Positions 25,980 to 37,889 of a stretch of 64,000 nt of DNA are shown piece by piece. This DNA comes from Thermomicrobiales bacterium (GTDB lineage Bacteria > Chloroflexota > Chloroflexia > Thermomicrobiales > UBA6265): NCBI GenBank assembly GCA_034431475.1, contig DAOUDE010000108.1, positions 48,882 to 112,881 on the forward strand, written 5' to 3'. Numbering within the stretch: the stretch's first letter is position 1; each line of letters opens with the position of its first letter. The notes beneath the pieces are model-generated. The model was not told the DNA's origin and made no database searches. It was given only the letters and a program-made list of their open reading frames with translations. The position numbers were made by a program, and so were the translations under genes.

Positions 25980-28900
25980 CTATGCCGCCAGCTCCGCCCC
26001 CAGCAGTTCCGCCTGCTCGATCACCAGGTCCGTCGCTGCGTCTCGCCCCTCGGGCGGATACCCGTGCACATTCAGCACCCGCCGCACCATCCGCCGCAGG
26101 TGCGCCCGCGCCGTCTCTCGCACCGTCCAGTCGATCGTGGTGTTGTTGCGCACCGTCGCCGCCACATCCCGCGCGATCTCGCGTAGTTGCTCGTCCTGCA
26201 GCAGGTCCTCGGCGCTCACGTGCTCGTTCAGGGCGTCGTAGAAAGCCACCTCGGCGTTCGAGAGCCCCAGCCGCTCCCCGCGCGTCTGCTCCGCTCGCAT
26301 CTCCCGCGCCAGGTCGATCAGCGCCTCGATGATCTGCGCCGTCTCCAGAGCCCGGTTGTGGTATCGCTTGATCGACTCGTCCAGTTTCTCCGAGAACCGC
26401 CGCGCCTGCACCACGCTCGTCCTGCGTTGTGCGCTGATCTCGTCGTTGAGCAGCTTCTTCAGCAGTTCCAGCGCCAGATTCTTCTGCGGCATATCGCGCA
26501 CGTCGGCCAGGAACCCATCCGACAGAATCGAGATATCCGGCTTCTCCAGTCCCGCCGCCGCGAAGATATCGACCACCCCATCCGGCGCAATCGCCTGATC
26601 GACAAGCTGCCGAATGGCGTGGTCCATCTGCTCGTCACTGCGTGAATCGCCACTGCCGGTCGTCTTGGTCAGCGCCGCCTTCACCGTCTGGAAAAACGCA
26701 ATCTCCAGTTTCACCCGCTGCGCCTCGGGCGTCGCGCTCGCCAGCGCAAACGCCTTCGCCAGCGCCACCGCGTGATCCAGAAACCGGTCCTTGACGTGGT
26801 TCCCCGGCTCCCGGTAGTCACGCAGGATCAGGAAATCCTGCGCATCCGTCACAACCTTTGTCCGCTCTGCCGGCGTCCCCGTCAGGAACACGCCGTAGTC
26901 GAAGCCGTGGAACGCCTCCCGGCACAGTTCCAGCTTCTCCAGCATCGCCGCGACCAGCTCGTCGATGCGTAGATCGTCGTTCTCGATCGGCGCGGCTTCG
27001 GTCTTCGCCTCGTGCATGTACAGCCGCAGCGCCGCTTTGAGATTGTTGGCCAGCCCCAGGTAATCCACTACCAACCCGCCCGGCTTGTCGCGGAACACGC
27101 GGTTCACCCGGGCAATAGCTTGCATCAGCCCGTGGCCCTTCATCGGCTTGTCGATGTAGATCGTGTGCAGTGATGGCGCGTCGAACCCGGTCAGCCACAT
27201 GTCGCGCACGATCACCATGCTGAACGGATCGTTCGGGTCCTTGAAGCGGTCCGCCAGCCGCTCCCGCCGCTCCTTGTTCCTGATGTGCGGCTGCCACGCC
27301 AGGTCATCGCTGGCCGAGCCCGTCATGATCACCTTCAGCGCGCCCGTCTCGTCATCTTCGGAGTGCCACTCCGGGTGCAGCGCCACAAGCTGGTTGTAGA
27401 GATCGACGGCGATCCGGCGCGACATGGTCACGATCATGATCTTGCCGGCCAGCCCCTCCTGCCGTTGCGCCGCGTGCTGCACCAGGTCCGCCGCCACCTG
27501 CGCCAGCCGCTTCTCCGTCCCGACCACCGCCTCCAGTTGCGACCAGCGCGAGCCGATCCGGTTCCGCCGCACTTCCTCCTCGGCCTCCGTGATCTCGTCA
27601 AACTCTTCATCCAGGATGCTGCGCTGCGCTTCCAGCAGGTCGAGCTTGATCAGGCGTGACTCGTAGTAGATCGGCACCGTCGCGCCGTCCGCGATGGCGC
27701 GCCCCACGTCGTAGATGTCGATGTAGTCGCCAAACACCACTCGTGTGTCACGGTCCGCCAATTCCAGCGGCGTGCCCGTGAACGCCACGAACGTCGCGTT
27801 CGGCAGCGCGTCCCGCATGTGCTGGGCAAAGCCGCGTACGAACTTGCCCGTTTCCCCCAGCTTCGTGCCGAAGTTGTATTGCGTCCGGTGCGCCTCGTCC
27901 GCCATCACGATGATGTTCCGGCGCTCGCTCAGCAGCGGGTGCTGCTCTTCCTCCTCGGTCGGCAGGAACTTCTGGATCGTCGTGAAGATCACGCCCCCCT
28001 GCCCGGTGTCCAGCAACTCGCGCAGGTGCTGCCGGTTTTCCGCCCGCTCTGGCGTCTGCCGCAGCACCCCGGCCCCCTTGACGAAGGTGCCAAACAACTG
28101 ATCGTCCAGGTCGGTGCGGTCGGTCAGCATCACGATGGTCGGGTTGGCCAGGTGGCCCTCCTGCTGCGCCAGCTTCCCGGCGAAGAACAGCATCGTCAGC
28201 GACTTGCCCGACCCCTGCGTGTGCCACAGCACCCCGCCCTTGCGGTCCCCCTTCGGGCTCGTCGCCCGCCGCGCGGTCACAATCGCCTTGCGCACCGCGT
28301 GGAACTGGTGATACCGCGCAATCTTCTTCGTCAGCCGGCCCTCGTCATCTTCGAACACGATGAACGACCGCACCAGGTCCAGGAAGCGCCCCGGCTCGAA
28401 CACCCCCTTGATCGCCACATTCAGCGTCGCCGCCGGGCTCACCGTCTCCCCGTCAACCGTCTTCCACGCCAGAAAGTGCTCTTCCCCCGCCCCAATCGCC
28501 CCGATCCGCGTGTCATTGCCGTCGGAGATCACCAGCACTTCGTTGTAGTGGAACAATTGCGGAATCTGCTGCTGATAGGTGCGAAGCTGGTTGTAGGCCG
28601 TAGACGTGGTGGCCTTCATGTCGGCCATGTTCTTCAGTTCGATAGTCGCCAGCGGCAGGCCGTTCACGAAAACGACGATATCCGGCCGCCGCTCGATCTT
28701 CCCCGCTGTCACCGTGAACTGGTTGACCGCCACGAAATCGTTGTTGCCCGGCATATCAAAATCGACAATCTGGATCAGTTCGCTCCGCGCCTCGCCGTTG
28801 CGCCACACATCCACCGGCACGCCCCCGGTCAGCAACCGGTGGAACTCGCGGTTCGCGTCCAGCAGCCCCGGCGCACCCACCTGCAGCACCAGCCGGATCG

Positions 28901-29126
28901 CCTCCTCCTGCGCCTCAGCCGATGCCTCCATGTTGATCCGCGCCACCGCGTCGCTCAGCCGTCCCGACAGCACTACCTCGCGGTAGTCAACCCGTTCTGG
29001 GAAAATTCCTCCGGGTGCGATGTCGGGTCCATGAACCACCGTGTATCCCAGTGCCTCCAGCCACGCCAAAGCCGCACCTTCAATGACAGACTCGGAGAGG
29101 CCTTTGTCAGTCATCAAGATCATCAA
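25980..29126 (-). CDS. hsdR: Type I restriction enzyme, R subunit
   Basis: 1048 aa. Helicase motifs [12 protein letters not shown] and MADEAHRTQ, a QxxxY-type N-terminal nuclease region, and a C-terminal helical domain. The alternative ATG at 29114 gives an 8-nt ATGACTGA overlap with the upstream gene. Confidence 0.95.
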   Translation of the reverse strand: MMILMTDKGLSESVIEGAALAWLEALGYTVVHGPDIAPGGIFPERVDYREVVLSGRLSDAVARINMEASAEAQEEAIRLVLQVGAPGLLDANREFHRLLTGGVPVDVWRNGEARSELIQIVDFDMPGNNDFVAVNQFTVTAGKIERRPDIVVFVNGLPLATIELKNMADMKATTSTAYNQLRTYQQQIPQLFHYNEVLVISDGNDTRIGAIGAGEEHFLAWKTVDGETVSPAATLNVAIKGVFEPGRFLDLVRSFIVFEDDEGRLTKKIARYHQFHAVRKAIVTARRATSPKGDRKGGVLWHTQGSGKSLTMLFFAGKLAQQEGHLANPTIVMLTDRTDLDDQLFGTFVKGAGVLRQTPERAENRQHLRELLDTGQGGVIFTTIQKFLPTEEEEQHPLLSERRNIIVMADEAHRTQYNFGTKLGETGKFVRGFAQHMRDALPNATFVAFTGTPLELADRDTRVVFGDYIDIYDVGRAIADGATVPIYYESRLIKLDLLEAQRSILDEEFDEITEAEEEVRRNRIGSRWSQLEAVVGTEKRLAQVAADLVQHAAQRQEGLAGKIMIVTMSRRIAVDLYNQLVALHPEWHSEDDETGALKVIMTGSASDDLAWQPHIRNKERRERLADRFKDPNDPFSMVIVRDMWLTGFDAPSLHTIYIDKPMKGHGLMQAIARVNRVFRDKPGGLVVDYLGLANNLKAALRLYMHEAKTEAAPIENDDLRIDELVAAMLEKLELCREAFHGFDYGVFLTGTPAERTKVVTDAQDFLILRDYREPGNHVKDRFLDHAVALAKAFALASATPEAQRVKLEIAFFQTVKAALTKTTGSGDSRSDEQMDHAIRQLVDQAIAPDGVVDIFAAAGLEKPDISILSDGFLADVRDMPQKNLALELLKKLLNDEISAQRRTSVVQARRFSEKLDESIKRYHNRALETAQIIEALIDLAREMRAEQTRGERLGLSNAEVAFYDALNEHVSAEDLLQDEQLREIARDVAATVRNNTTIDWTVRETARAHLRRMVRRVLNVHGYPPEGRDAATDLVIEQAELLGAELAA

Positions 29127-29808
29127 CCTCCGTGACGGCTACCTCAGCCTTGAAACCCGCTAGAGCGTCACGGTACGCAAATTCGTCTACTCGGTAGAGC
29201 ACTTCGCTGGCCTGATATGAGCCTCCCAGAAGCTCAACAGGCTCGTAGAGCGAATCCACGTACTCGTTGAAGTCGCCGTTTTCCGCCAGATCGATAGGCT
29301 TTTCGGGAACGGGCGCAAAGAAGAACTTATGAGCGGAGTAAAGAAAATGCACGACCGCATCTGCGCTTCTGGCAGCCAATAAGGCGTGAGCCGCTTCCAG
29401 GCTGGACGCCGAAGGAGTCTTGCCGTGCGAGCAGACTCCGAACGTATGCCGCAAGTGAGAGATAGCGCCGATCACACCTTCAAAGCCAGCTAGAAGCTCT
29501 TCCATTTTCTTGCATGTAACCTCATCGTCACTCATGGAGCCTGGGACGAGTGAGGTTGCGGTGTATGTCTCCTTGAGGAGATCGTTGAAACGTGAAGGAA
29601 TCGGACTTCGCCCTCGCTCCTCCAGAATTGTCTTGCAAGTCGATTCGACCAGCGCTCGTGAGAGGTCAAAGACCAAGCTTGGAGATGTTTGCATCCCCGA
29701 TTCAATCGCATTGACTTGTTCATAAATGGGCAGCGCGCCTCCGCTGAGTTCAATAACCTCACGAGCGCCATGCATGGTGAAAAGAGAGTCGGGGGTCGAG
29801 ATCGCCAT
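29107..29808 (-). CDS. Abi_C-like (abortive-infection C-terminal domain) protein embedded in the R-M operon
   Basis: 233 aa. [18 protein letters not shown] ... [15 protein letters not shown] ... [17 protein letters not shown] follows the pattern I recall for Pfam Abi_C (E..lK.iL ... lRN..g.aHG ... hA.....a). GGAGCG Shine-Dalgarno. The segment is AT-richer than its flanks. Confidence 0.5.
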   Translation of the reverse strand: MAISTPDSLFTMHGAREVIELSGGALPIYEQVNAIESGMQTSPSLVFDLSRALVESTCKTILEERGRSPIPSRFNDLLKETYTATSLVPGSMSDDEVTCKKMEELLAGFEGVIGAISHLRHTFGVCSHGKTPSASSLEAAHALLAARSADAVVHFLYSAHKFFFAPVPEKPIDLAENGDFNEYVDSLYEPVELLGGSYQASEVLYRVDEFAYRDALAGFKAEVAVTEVDDLDD

Positions 29809-29824
29809 GTTTCACGCTCCAGTC

Positions 29825-31121
<1,297 letters not shown>

Positions 31122-31129
<8 letters not shown>

Positions 31130-32735
31130 CCGTCATTGCCAGCAAGATGTTTCGAATCTCTCCCTCCAACCGCGCCGACTCTGCGAACTGCTCCTCCAGT
31201 GTCGCCGTCAATCGCGCCAGCTTCTCCCCGAATGGCTCATCGTCCTCTTTCGCCGCCGCCGTCCCCACATACCGCCCCGGCGTCAGCACGAACCCGTGTC
31301 CGGCAATCTCTGCCGTCGTCGCCGCCCGGCAGAATCCCAGCACATCCGCGTAACTATGCTCGCTCCCATCCCCGCGCCAGGCGTGATACGTCCCCGCAAT
31401 CCGCGCAATGTCGCCATCGCTCAGGTTGCGCAGCGTGCGGGTCTCCATGTAGCCCAGCGCCCGCGCGTCAATGAACAACGTCTCGCCCCGCCGGTCCCGC
31501 AGCGGCGCGCCGTCCAGCCCGTGCCCGTTCCCCTTGTTCCGCGCCAGGAACCACAGGCTCACCGGAATCTGCGTCGAGTAGAACAACTGCCCCGGCATCG
31601 CCACGATGCAGTCCACCAGGTCCGCCTCGATGATCTTCTTCCGGATCTCGCCCTCACCACCCGTGTTGCTCGACAGCGAGCCATTCGCCAGCACGAACCC
31701 CGCTACCCCGTTCGGCGCCAGGTGACTGATGATGTGCTGCACCCACGCGTAGTTCGCGTTCCCCACCGGCGGCGCGCCAAACTGCCACCGCCAGTCATCC
31801 CGCAGCCGCTCCCCGCCCCAGTCGCTGATGTTGAACGGCGGGTTCGCTAGGATGTAGTCCGCCTTCAAGTCCCGGTGCAGGTCGTTGTGGAACGTGTCCG
31901 CGCTCTGCCGCCCCAGGTTCGCGTCGATCCCGCGCAGCGCCAGGTTCATCTTCGCCAGGTTCCACGTCGTCCGGTTGCTCTCCTGGCCAAAGATCGAGAT
32001 ATCCCCCGGCTGCCCCCGCCGCGCCGGGTCACCAATCCGGTGGCTGTGCTCCTCGACGAACCTTTCCGACTGCACGAACATCCCGCCGCTACCGCAGCAC
32101 GGGTCATACACCCGCCCCCGGTACGGCGCCAGCATCTCCACCAGCACCCGCACCACCGAGGACGGCGTGTAGAACTCCCCGCCCTTCTTCCCCTCGGCGC
32201 TCGCGAACTGGCCCAGGAAATACTCGTAAACCCGCCCCAGCAGGTCCAGCTTCCGGTGCCGCTCTTCATTCAGCCCGATGTTGCTGACCTCGTCCACCAG
32301 GCGGCCAAGCTGGATCGCCGGCAACGACGGCCGGCTGTACCCCTTCGGCAACACCTCGCGCAGGCTGTCGTTCTCCCGCTCGATGGCGTCCATCGCCCCG
32401 TCGATGATCACCCCGATCGTGGGCTGCCGCGCCGCCCCCCTGATCAGCTCCCACCGCGCCTCGGGCGGCACCCAGAACACCCCCTCGGCCAGGTACTCGT
32501 CGCGGTCCTCCGGGTCCGCGCCCGTGCCCGCCGCCTGCTCCGCCACCAGCTCGTCATACCGCACATCGAACGCATCGGAGATGTACTTCAGGAAAATCAG
32601 CCCCAGCACCACGTGCTTGTACTCGGCCGCGTCAATGTGCCCACGCAGCGCATCCGCCATCGTCCAGAAGTGCTGCTCAAGCCTGGGCGCTGCACCACCC
32701 TTTGCCGGGGAACCGCCGCGTTCCTCGCGCACCAT
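31122..32735 (-). CDS. hsdM: Type I R-M N6-adenine DNA methyltransferase subunit
   Basis: 537 aa. HsdM N-terminal domain ([32 protein letters not shown]), SAM motif [12 protein letters not shown], catalytic LANPPFN. Confidence 0.95.
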
Positions 32736-32862
32736 GAAGAAATCTCCTGAAAGATGAAGATGTCGTTACGGTCGAGAGAATAGCACTGACGACAATGCAA
32801 TCAGGGACGCATCCTTGCCTGTCAGACGACCGGCAGCCGCCTCCAACCCCACAAACAAGAAT

Positions 32863-33168
32863 TCAATCGCGAGCGCGAGGGCCGGTAACAACCGGAGCAT
32901 CCTGGTTGAGATCGACGATCAACATATCGACAATCGTCTCCGCCTTGTAGCGCCGGGCCACCTCCGTATTGATGCCGAAGAACTTGGTAAACGCCTGACC
33001 GGCAACGAGGTACGTTGAGCCACTGCCCTGCAACCGAACCGGGTATGCGCGTTGGTTGTCCGGGCTGCATGGGCGGATGCCGATCTGGTTGCTTTCCTGG
33101 TTGTACAGCAGCGTGACCGTCTTGGCATTGCCAAGTAAGTCCCTGGCTGCTCGATTGAGCGACAGCAT
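32863..33168 (-). CDS. Hypothetical small protein upstream of hsdM
   Basis: 101 aa (MLSLNRAARDLLGNAKTVTLLYNQESNQIGIRP...). Same strand as the R-M operon, 127 nt upstream. No motif I can name. Confidence 0.45.
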   Translation of the reverse strand: MLSLNRAARDLLGNAKTVTLLYNQESNQIGIRPCSPDNQRAYPVRLQGSGSTYLVAGQAFTKFFGINTEVARRYKAETIVDMLIVDLNQDAPVVTGPRARD

Positions 33169-33596
33169 GCCCTTCTTCTAGAGTGTGACAAACGGATCTT
33201 TTGAAACCGGCTTTCCGCGTCGATCAAACTCGACCCACCCGTTCATCAGAGCCTCCTGGTAACACTGGCCACATAGTCAGTATCACAGGCGAGAAAAGAC
33301 CCTGCAAACCGCTATCCAAACCTTACAAACTCAGCAAACGCTTTAGTGACCGCGTTCAATACTCTCTTTGCCAAACGTGGCCCGAGGAAGCCTCTACTTC
33401 CAGTTACGTAGTGCTCACTACTATGCCAGCGCGCTCCACTTGGCAAAGTTGGCATTCTTGGCACACTTGGCATTCTTACCAATCACGCCCTGCCACACAC
33501 CATCCCACGCCCCCAGAGCCCTTCAGCGGCCTTCCGCCTGCTGTAGCCGGGAGTGTTCAACTCCCGGCGGCCCAGCCGCCCACTCCGTATCCACCA

Positions 33597-33632
33597 ACAA
33601 AAAAGCCCCTCTCCCGCGCATCGGGAGAGGGG
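33597..33632 (-). terminator. Intrinsic terminator downstream of cysA (REP family B unit)
   Basis: The minus strand reads cccctctcccg-atgcg-cgggagagggg followed by CTTTTTTGTT. Nearly identical to the hsdR terminator unit and in the same orientation. Confidence 0.65.
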
Positions 33633-33790
33633 TTGGGGTGAGGGTTTCTCGTTTGGGGGAGGCTTCCACCGGGGCGCAAAGCCCTCATGCAGGCGAAGAC
33701 TACTCACTGCCGCGTGGCCTCCTCCCTTCACCCCTCGTGCTCCTTATTCCCTCATTTCCTTATTCCCTGAGCGCCGCAGCGCGTCTCCCC

Positions 33791-34846
33791 CTATCTCACC
33801 CCCACCCACCGGTCCGCCCCGTCCGCCGCGCCAATCGAGACCATGTTCGTCGCGCTCGCCGGGCGCACCGGCGGAAAATCCCCCGGCTCCCAGCCCGGCC
33901 GCCGGCTCAGGCTCAGGTCCACGCCCACCGTATCCCCCGCCACCGGGCGCACCCGCTGCATCTCATCCCGCGTCAGTTGCGCCCACACCCGCTCGCCGTT
34001 CACGTGCAGCGTCAGCTCGATGCGATTATCGAAGCCCAGCGTAATCACGCGGTCCACCGTCGCGGCGATGCACCCCTCCTGCTCCGGCGTGCAGATCACC
34101 ACCTCGTGCGGGCGAATGTAGGCGTCGCCGATGCGGTTCACCTTGCCCACGAAGCTCATCACGAACTCCGTCGCCGGGTGCTCGTAGAGCTCATGCGGCG
34201 CGCCCACCTGCTCGATGCGGCCCCGGTTCATCACCACGATGCGGGAGGCCACTTCCATCGCCTCCTCCTGGTCGTGCGTCACCAGCACCGTCGTCACGTG
34301 CACGTTCTCGTGCAGCCGCCGCAGCCAGTCGCGCAGCTCCTCGCGCACCCGCGCGTCCAGCGCCCCGAACGGCTCATCCAGCAGCAGCACCCGCGGCTCC
34401 ACCGCCAGCGCCCGCGCCAGCGCCATGCGCTGCCGCTGCCCACCCGAGAGCTGCGCCGGGTAACGCTCGGCGTAGCCATCGAGCTGCACCAGGTGCAGCA
34501 GCTCATCCACCCGTCGCCGGATCTCCACCTTCGGCGTCTTGCGGATACGCAGGCCAAACCCCACGTTGTCGCGCACCGTCATGTGCTTGAACGCCGCGTA
34601 GTGCTGGAACACGAACCCCACGTTGCGGCGCTGCGGCGGCAGCGATGTCGCCGCCACCCCGTCGATGAAGACCTCGCCCGAATCCGGCTGATCCAGCCCC
34701 GCGATGGCGCGCAGCAGCGTGCTCTTGCCGGAGCCACTCGGCCCCAGCAGGGCCGTCAGCGAGCCATCCGGCACCTCCACCGACACGTCATCGAGCGCGC
34801 GGAAGTCACCGTAGCTCTTGCGCAGATTGTGAACCGTAATGCCCAT
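33791..34846 (-). CDS. cysA: Sulfate/thiosulfate ABC transporter ATP-binding protein
   Basis: ATG at 34846 ([15 protein letters not shown]). Walker [10 protein letters not shown], signature LSGGQRQR, Walker B LLLDEP, and a C-terminal TOBE-like domain. Confidence 0.9.
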   Translation of the reverse strand: MGITVHNLRKSYGDFRALDDVSVEVPDGSLTALLGPSGSGKSTLLRAIAGLDQPDSGEVFIDGVAATSLPPQRRNVGFVFQHYAAFKHMTVRDNVGFGLRIRKTPKVEIRRRVDELLHLVQLDGYAERYPAQLSGGQRQRMALARALAVEPRVLLLDEPFGALDARVREELRDWLRRLHENVHVTTVLVTHDQEEAMEVASRIVVMNRGRIEQVGAPHELYEHPATEFVMSFVGKVNRIGDAYIRPHEVVICTPEQEGCIAATVDRVITLGFDNRIELTLHVNGERVWAQLTRDEMQRVRPVAGDTVGVDLSLSRRPGWEPGDFPPVRPASATNMVSIGAADGADRWVGVR

Positions 34847-34889
34847 CAGTCGCTCCCGTTTCTCGTGTCTCGATCGTCTCCCCATCGGC

Positions 34890-35045
34890 TCCCCTCTCCC
34901 GATGTGCGGGAGAGGGGCTGGGGGTGAGGGCTTACTCCTCCGGCTCCCCTCTCCCGCGCATCAGGAGCGGGGCTTGGAGCGAACGTTTCTCGTCCGTCTC
35001 CCCTCTCCCTGCGCACAGGGAGAGGGGCTGGGGGTGAGGGTTTTT
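34890..35045. repeat. Three REP family B hairpins inside the cysW-cysA intergenic space
   Basis: ctcccctctcccgatgtgcgggagaggggctgggggtgaggg; ctcccctctcccgcgcatcaggagcgggg; ctcccctctccctgcgcacagggagaggggctgggggtgaggg. Confidence 0.8.
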
Positions 35046-35857
35046 CAGTGACTCCCACGCGGCTTCAGCCGCTGCATCAGGAACAGTGTGCCCAGCGCCA
35101 GCAGCGCCAGCACCAGCGACGCCGTGTACGCGCCCACCATGTCGAAGTTCAGGAACCGCTCTTCCACATGAATCGTCAGCGTCTCGGTGCGGCCCGAGAG
35201 CTTGCCGGAGACAATCGCCACCGCGCCGTACTCCCCCAGCGCCCGCGCCGTCGTCAGCACCACCCCGAACGCCACGCCCGTGCGGATCGCCGGCAGCGTG
35301 ATCATCCAGAAGATCTGCCAGTCCGTCGCGCCCAGCGTGCGCGCTGCCTGCTCCTGCTCGGTGCCGATCTCGCGCAGCACCGGGATCACCTCCCGCGCCA
35401 CGAAGGGGATACACACAAAGATCGTCGCCAGCACCATCCCCGGCGTCGCGAAGATGACGCGGATGCCGTGATCGGCCAGCCAACCGCCGAACTCACCGCG
35501 CCGCCCGTACACGATCACCAGCGCCAGGCCCACCACCACCGGCGAAACACCAAGTGGGAGATCGAGCAGCGCCGTCAGCAGCGCCTTGCCCTTGAACTCG
35601 CGCCGCACCACCGCCAACGCGAAGAGGATGCCGAAGATGGTGTTCAGCGGCACCGCGATCAAGGCAATGATCAGCGTCAGCTTCAGGGCGTGGATGAACG
35701 CCGGGCGCGTGAGGGCCTCCAGCACCGGGCCCAGGCCGCTCGCGAAGGTCGTGACCAGCATCACGGCCACCGGCGCAATCAGCAACAGCCCCAGGTAGAG
35801 CACGGCCACGCCGCGCAGCGCGAGCTTACTGGTCATGCTTGCGGCTCCGGCGCTCAA
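35045..35857 (-). CDS. cysW: Sulfate ABC transporter permease
   Basis: 270 aa. Multi-TM with a BPD-type EAA loop (EQEQAARTLGATDWQIFWMITLP). Its position in the sbp-cysTWA order supports the call. Confidence 0.85.
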   Translation of the reverse strand: MSAGAASMTSKLALRGVAVLYLGLLLIAPVAVMLVTTFASGLGPVLEALTRPAFIHALKLTLIIALIAVPLNTIFGILFALAVVRREFKGKALLTALLDLPLGVSPVVVGLALVIVYGRRGEFGGWLADHGIRVIFATPGMVLATIFVCIPFVAREVIPVLREIGTEQEQAARTLGATDWQIFWMITLPAIRTGVAFGVVLTTARALGEYGAVAIVSGKLSGRTETLTIHVEERFLNFDMVGAYTASLVLALLALGTLFLMQRLKPRGSH

Positions 35858-36683
35858 ACAGGGAGATGGTCAGCAAGACACACAGGGAGATGGCCAGCAA
35901 CACCACCGCAATCGCGGACGCAGCCGTGATGTTGTCGTTCTCGACCTGGCTGTAGATGCGCACCGCCGCCACTTCCGTCTCGAAGGGGATGTTGCCGGAA
36001 ATCAGCACCACCGAGCCGAACTCGCCGATGGCGCGGGCAAATCCCAGGCCAATCCCCGCCAGGATGGCCGGCGTCAGGTTCGGCAGCACAATCAGGCGGA
36101 ACGTGGTCCAGCCGCTGGCGCCCAGCGCCTTGGCGGCCTGCTCCATCTCCTTGTCCATCTCGACCAGCACCGGCTGCACCGCCCGCACCACGAAGGGGAG
36201 CGTCACGAACAGCAACGCCAGGATCACGGCCGCCACGGTGTACGCGATGTTCACGCCGATGGGGCTGCGCACGCCGTACATGGCGATCAGCGTCAGCCCC
36301 GCCACAATCGTCGGCAGCGCAAAGGGCAGATCGATCAGCGCCGACATGAAATCCTTGCCGGGGAACGCGTCCCGCACCAGGACCCACGCGATGAGCGTGC
36401 CGAAGACCGCGTTGATCAGGGAAACCAGCAGCGAGGCGCCCAGGCTGAGCCGCAGCGCCGCCAGTGCCTGCGGCGTGGTCACCGACGCCCAGAAGCCATC
36501 CCACCCCTCCGAGGTCGAGCGGAAGACTACCGCCGCCAGCGGAATGAGCACAATCACGCTCAGGTAGGCGGTGACCACGCCGACGGTCAGCGGCGTGCCC
36601 ACCGAAAGCCCGCGCGCGGCGGGCGTGGTCGTCGCTGGGGGCGCGGCCAGAGCCGCACCCACCGGGTAACTGGTTGCGCTCAC
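35826..36683 (-). CDS. cysT: Sulfate ABC transporter permease
   Basis: 285 aa. Multi-TM with an EAA loop (MEQAAKALGASGWTTFRLIVLP). Overlaps cysW by 32 nt and sbp by 4 nt. Confidence 0.85.
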   Translation of the reverse strand: MSATSYPVGAALAAPPATTTPAARGLSVGTPLTVGVVTAYLSVIVLIPLAAVVFRSTSEGWDGFWASVTTPQALAALRLSLGASLLVSLINAVFGTLIAWVLVRDAFPGKDFMSALIDLPFALPTIVAGLTLIAMYGVRSPIGVNIAYTVAAVILALLFVTLPFVVRAVQPVLVEMDKEMEQAAKALGASGWTTFRLIVLPNLTPAILAGIGLGFARAIGEFGSVVLISGNIPFETEVAAVRIYSQVENDNITAASAIAVVLLAISLCVLLTISLFERRSRKHDQ

Positions 36684-37702
36684 TGCTGCTGCACCACCGC
36701 CACGATGCCGTTGTCCGGATCGAAGAACTTCGTGGTGACCTCATCCCAACCGCCAAGCTCATCGATGGTGAACAGCTTCTCCGGTGTCGGGTAGGTGTCG
36801 GTGAACTCCGCCTGGATCTCCGGCAGCAGCGAGCGGTAGCCCTTCTCGGCGAAGATGCGCTGGGCATCCGGCGTGCGCAGGTAGTTGATGAACTCCTGCG
36901 CCTTCTCCGGGTTGGCCGACTCCGTCACCACCGCCACCGGGTTCTCGATCAGCAGCGTCTCGGCCGGAATCACGTACTCGAACGTCTCACCCTTCTGCTG
37001 CGCCGTGATCGACTCGTTCTCATAGGCCAGCAGCACGTCACCCTTGCCGCCGGCAAAGGTGGCCAGCGCCTCCCGCGCGCTCTTGTCCTGCACCGGCACG
37101 TGGGTGAAGAGCTGCCGCAGGTACTCCTGCGCCTCTTCTTCCGTCTTGCCCTGCTGCAACTGCGCGCCCCAGGCCGCCATGATGTTCCAGCGTGCGCCGC
37201 CAGAGGTCAGCGCGTTCGGCGTGATGACTTCGACGCCTTCCTTCAGCAAGTCGTCCCAGGTCTGGATCCCCTTCGGGTTCCCCTCGCGCACCGCGAAGAC
37301 CACCACCGAGTCGGTCACCATGCCCTTGAACTCGTCGGCGTTCCAGTCCTCGGCCACCAGGCCCGGCTCGATCAGGCGGGTGATATCCGGCGCCAGCGAG
37401 AGCGCCACGATATCGGCCGGCAGACCACTTTCCACGGAACGGCTCTGCTCGGTGGACGCCGCGAACGAGGTCTCGAACTGGACGTTCGCGCCCTCCGGGG
37501 TCGCCTGGAAGAGCGGGATGATCTCCTCGTAGGCCTCACGCGGGGTGGAGTAGGCGACGAGGGTCAGGGTGACCGCGTCCTGCGCCGCCACCGGCGCCCA
37601 CCCGAAGCGCAGCGCCGGGGCCGCCATAGCTGCAGCCGCAGCGCCCATCAGCGCGGAGCGGCGGGTGAGGGTCCTGGCGAGCAGATCAGCACGTGCGTGC
37701 AT
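36680..37702 (-). CDS. sbp: Sulfate/thiosulfate-binding periplasmic protein
   Basis: ORF from TTG 37726; the ATG at 37702 is preferred (AAAGGA Shine-Dalgarno). Tat-like leader TRRSALMGAAAAAMAAP. Family-typical body (TLVAYSTPREAYEEIIP...). Confidence 0.85.
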   Translation of the reverse strand: MHARADLLARTLTRRSALMGAAAAAMAAPALRFGWAPVAAQDAVTLTLVAYSTPREAYEEIIPLFQATPEGANVQFETSFAASTEQSRSVESGLPADIVALSLAPDITRLIEPGLVAEDWNADEFKGMVTDSVVVFAVREGNPKGIQTWDDLLKEGVEVITPNALTSGGARWNIMAAWGAQLQQGKTEEEAQEYLRQLFTHVPVQDKSAREALATFAGGKGDVLLAYENESITAQQKGETFEYVIPAETLLIENPVAVVTESANPEKAQEFINYLRTPDAQRIFAEKGYRSLLPEIQAEFTDTYPTPEKLFTIDELGGWDEVTTKFFDPDNGIVAVVQQQ

Positions 37703-37744
37703 CGCGAAACGTCCTTTCAGCAACAAAGCCTATTTTGTCTGTAA

Positions 37745-37765
37745 TGTCCACTCGATTAGTGGACA
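37745..37765. promoter_or_regulatory. Candidate operator TGTCCACT-N5-AGTGGACA at the sbp-cysTWA promoter
   Basis: Perfect 8-bp arms (core GTCCAC-N7-GTGGAC), immediately downstream of the putative -10. The same palindrome occurs at 50603-50634 and 51003-51025. Confidence 0.5.
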
Positions 37766-37771
37766 ATGCGC

Positions 37772-37800
37772 ACGATACACGACGTCTCGCGCGTTGACAA
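37772..37800 (-). promoter_or_regulatory. Putative proximal promoter (P1) of sbp-cysTWA
   Basis: The minus strand reads TTGTCA (37800-37795), 17 nt, then TATCGT (37777-37772). Confidence 0.4.
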
Positions 37801-37863
37801 GCCCCTTCGCGAATGCATGTGTCCGGAGAATGATGCGTACGTACGCGGGGAGGCAGACGCAAC

Positions 37864-37889
37864 GAAGCCCGGCCTGGTGGCCGGGCTTC
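37864..37889 (-). terminator. Strong hairpin in the sbp upstream spacer (possible terminator/attenuator of the P2 transcript)
   Basis: gaagcccggcc-tggt-ggccgggcttc is a perfect 11-bp stem. On the minus strand it is followed by GTTGCGT, a weak U tract. Confidence 0.4.
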
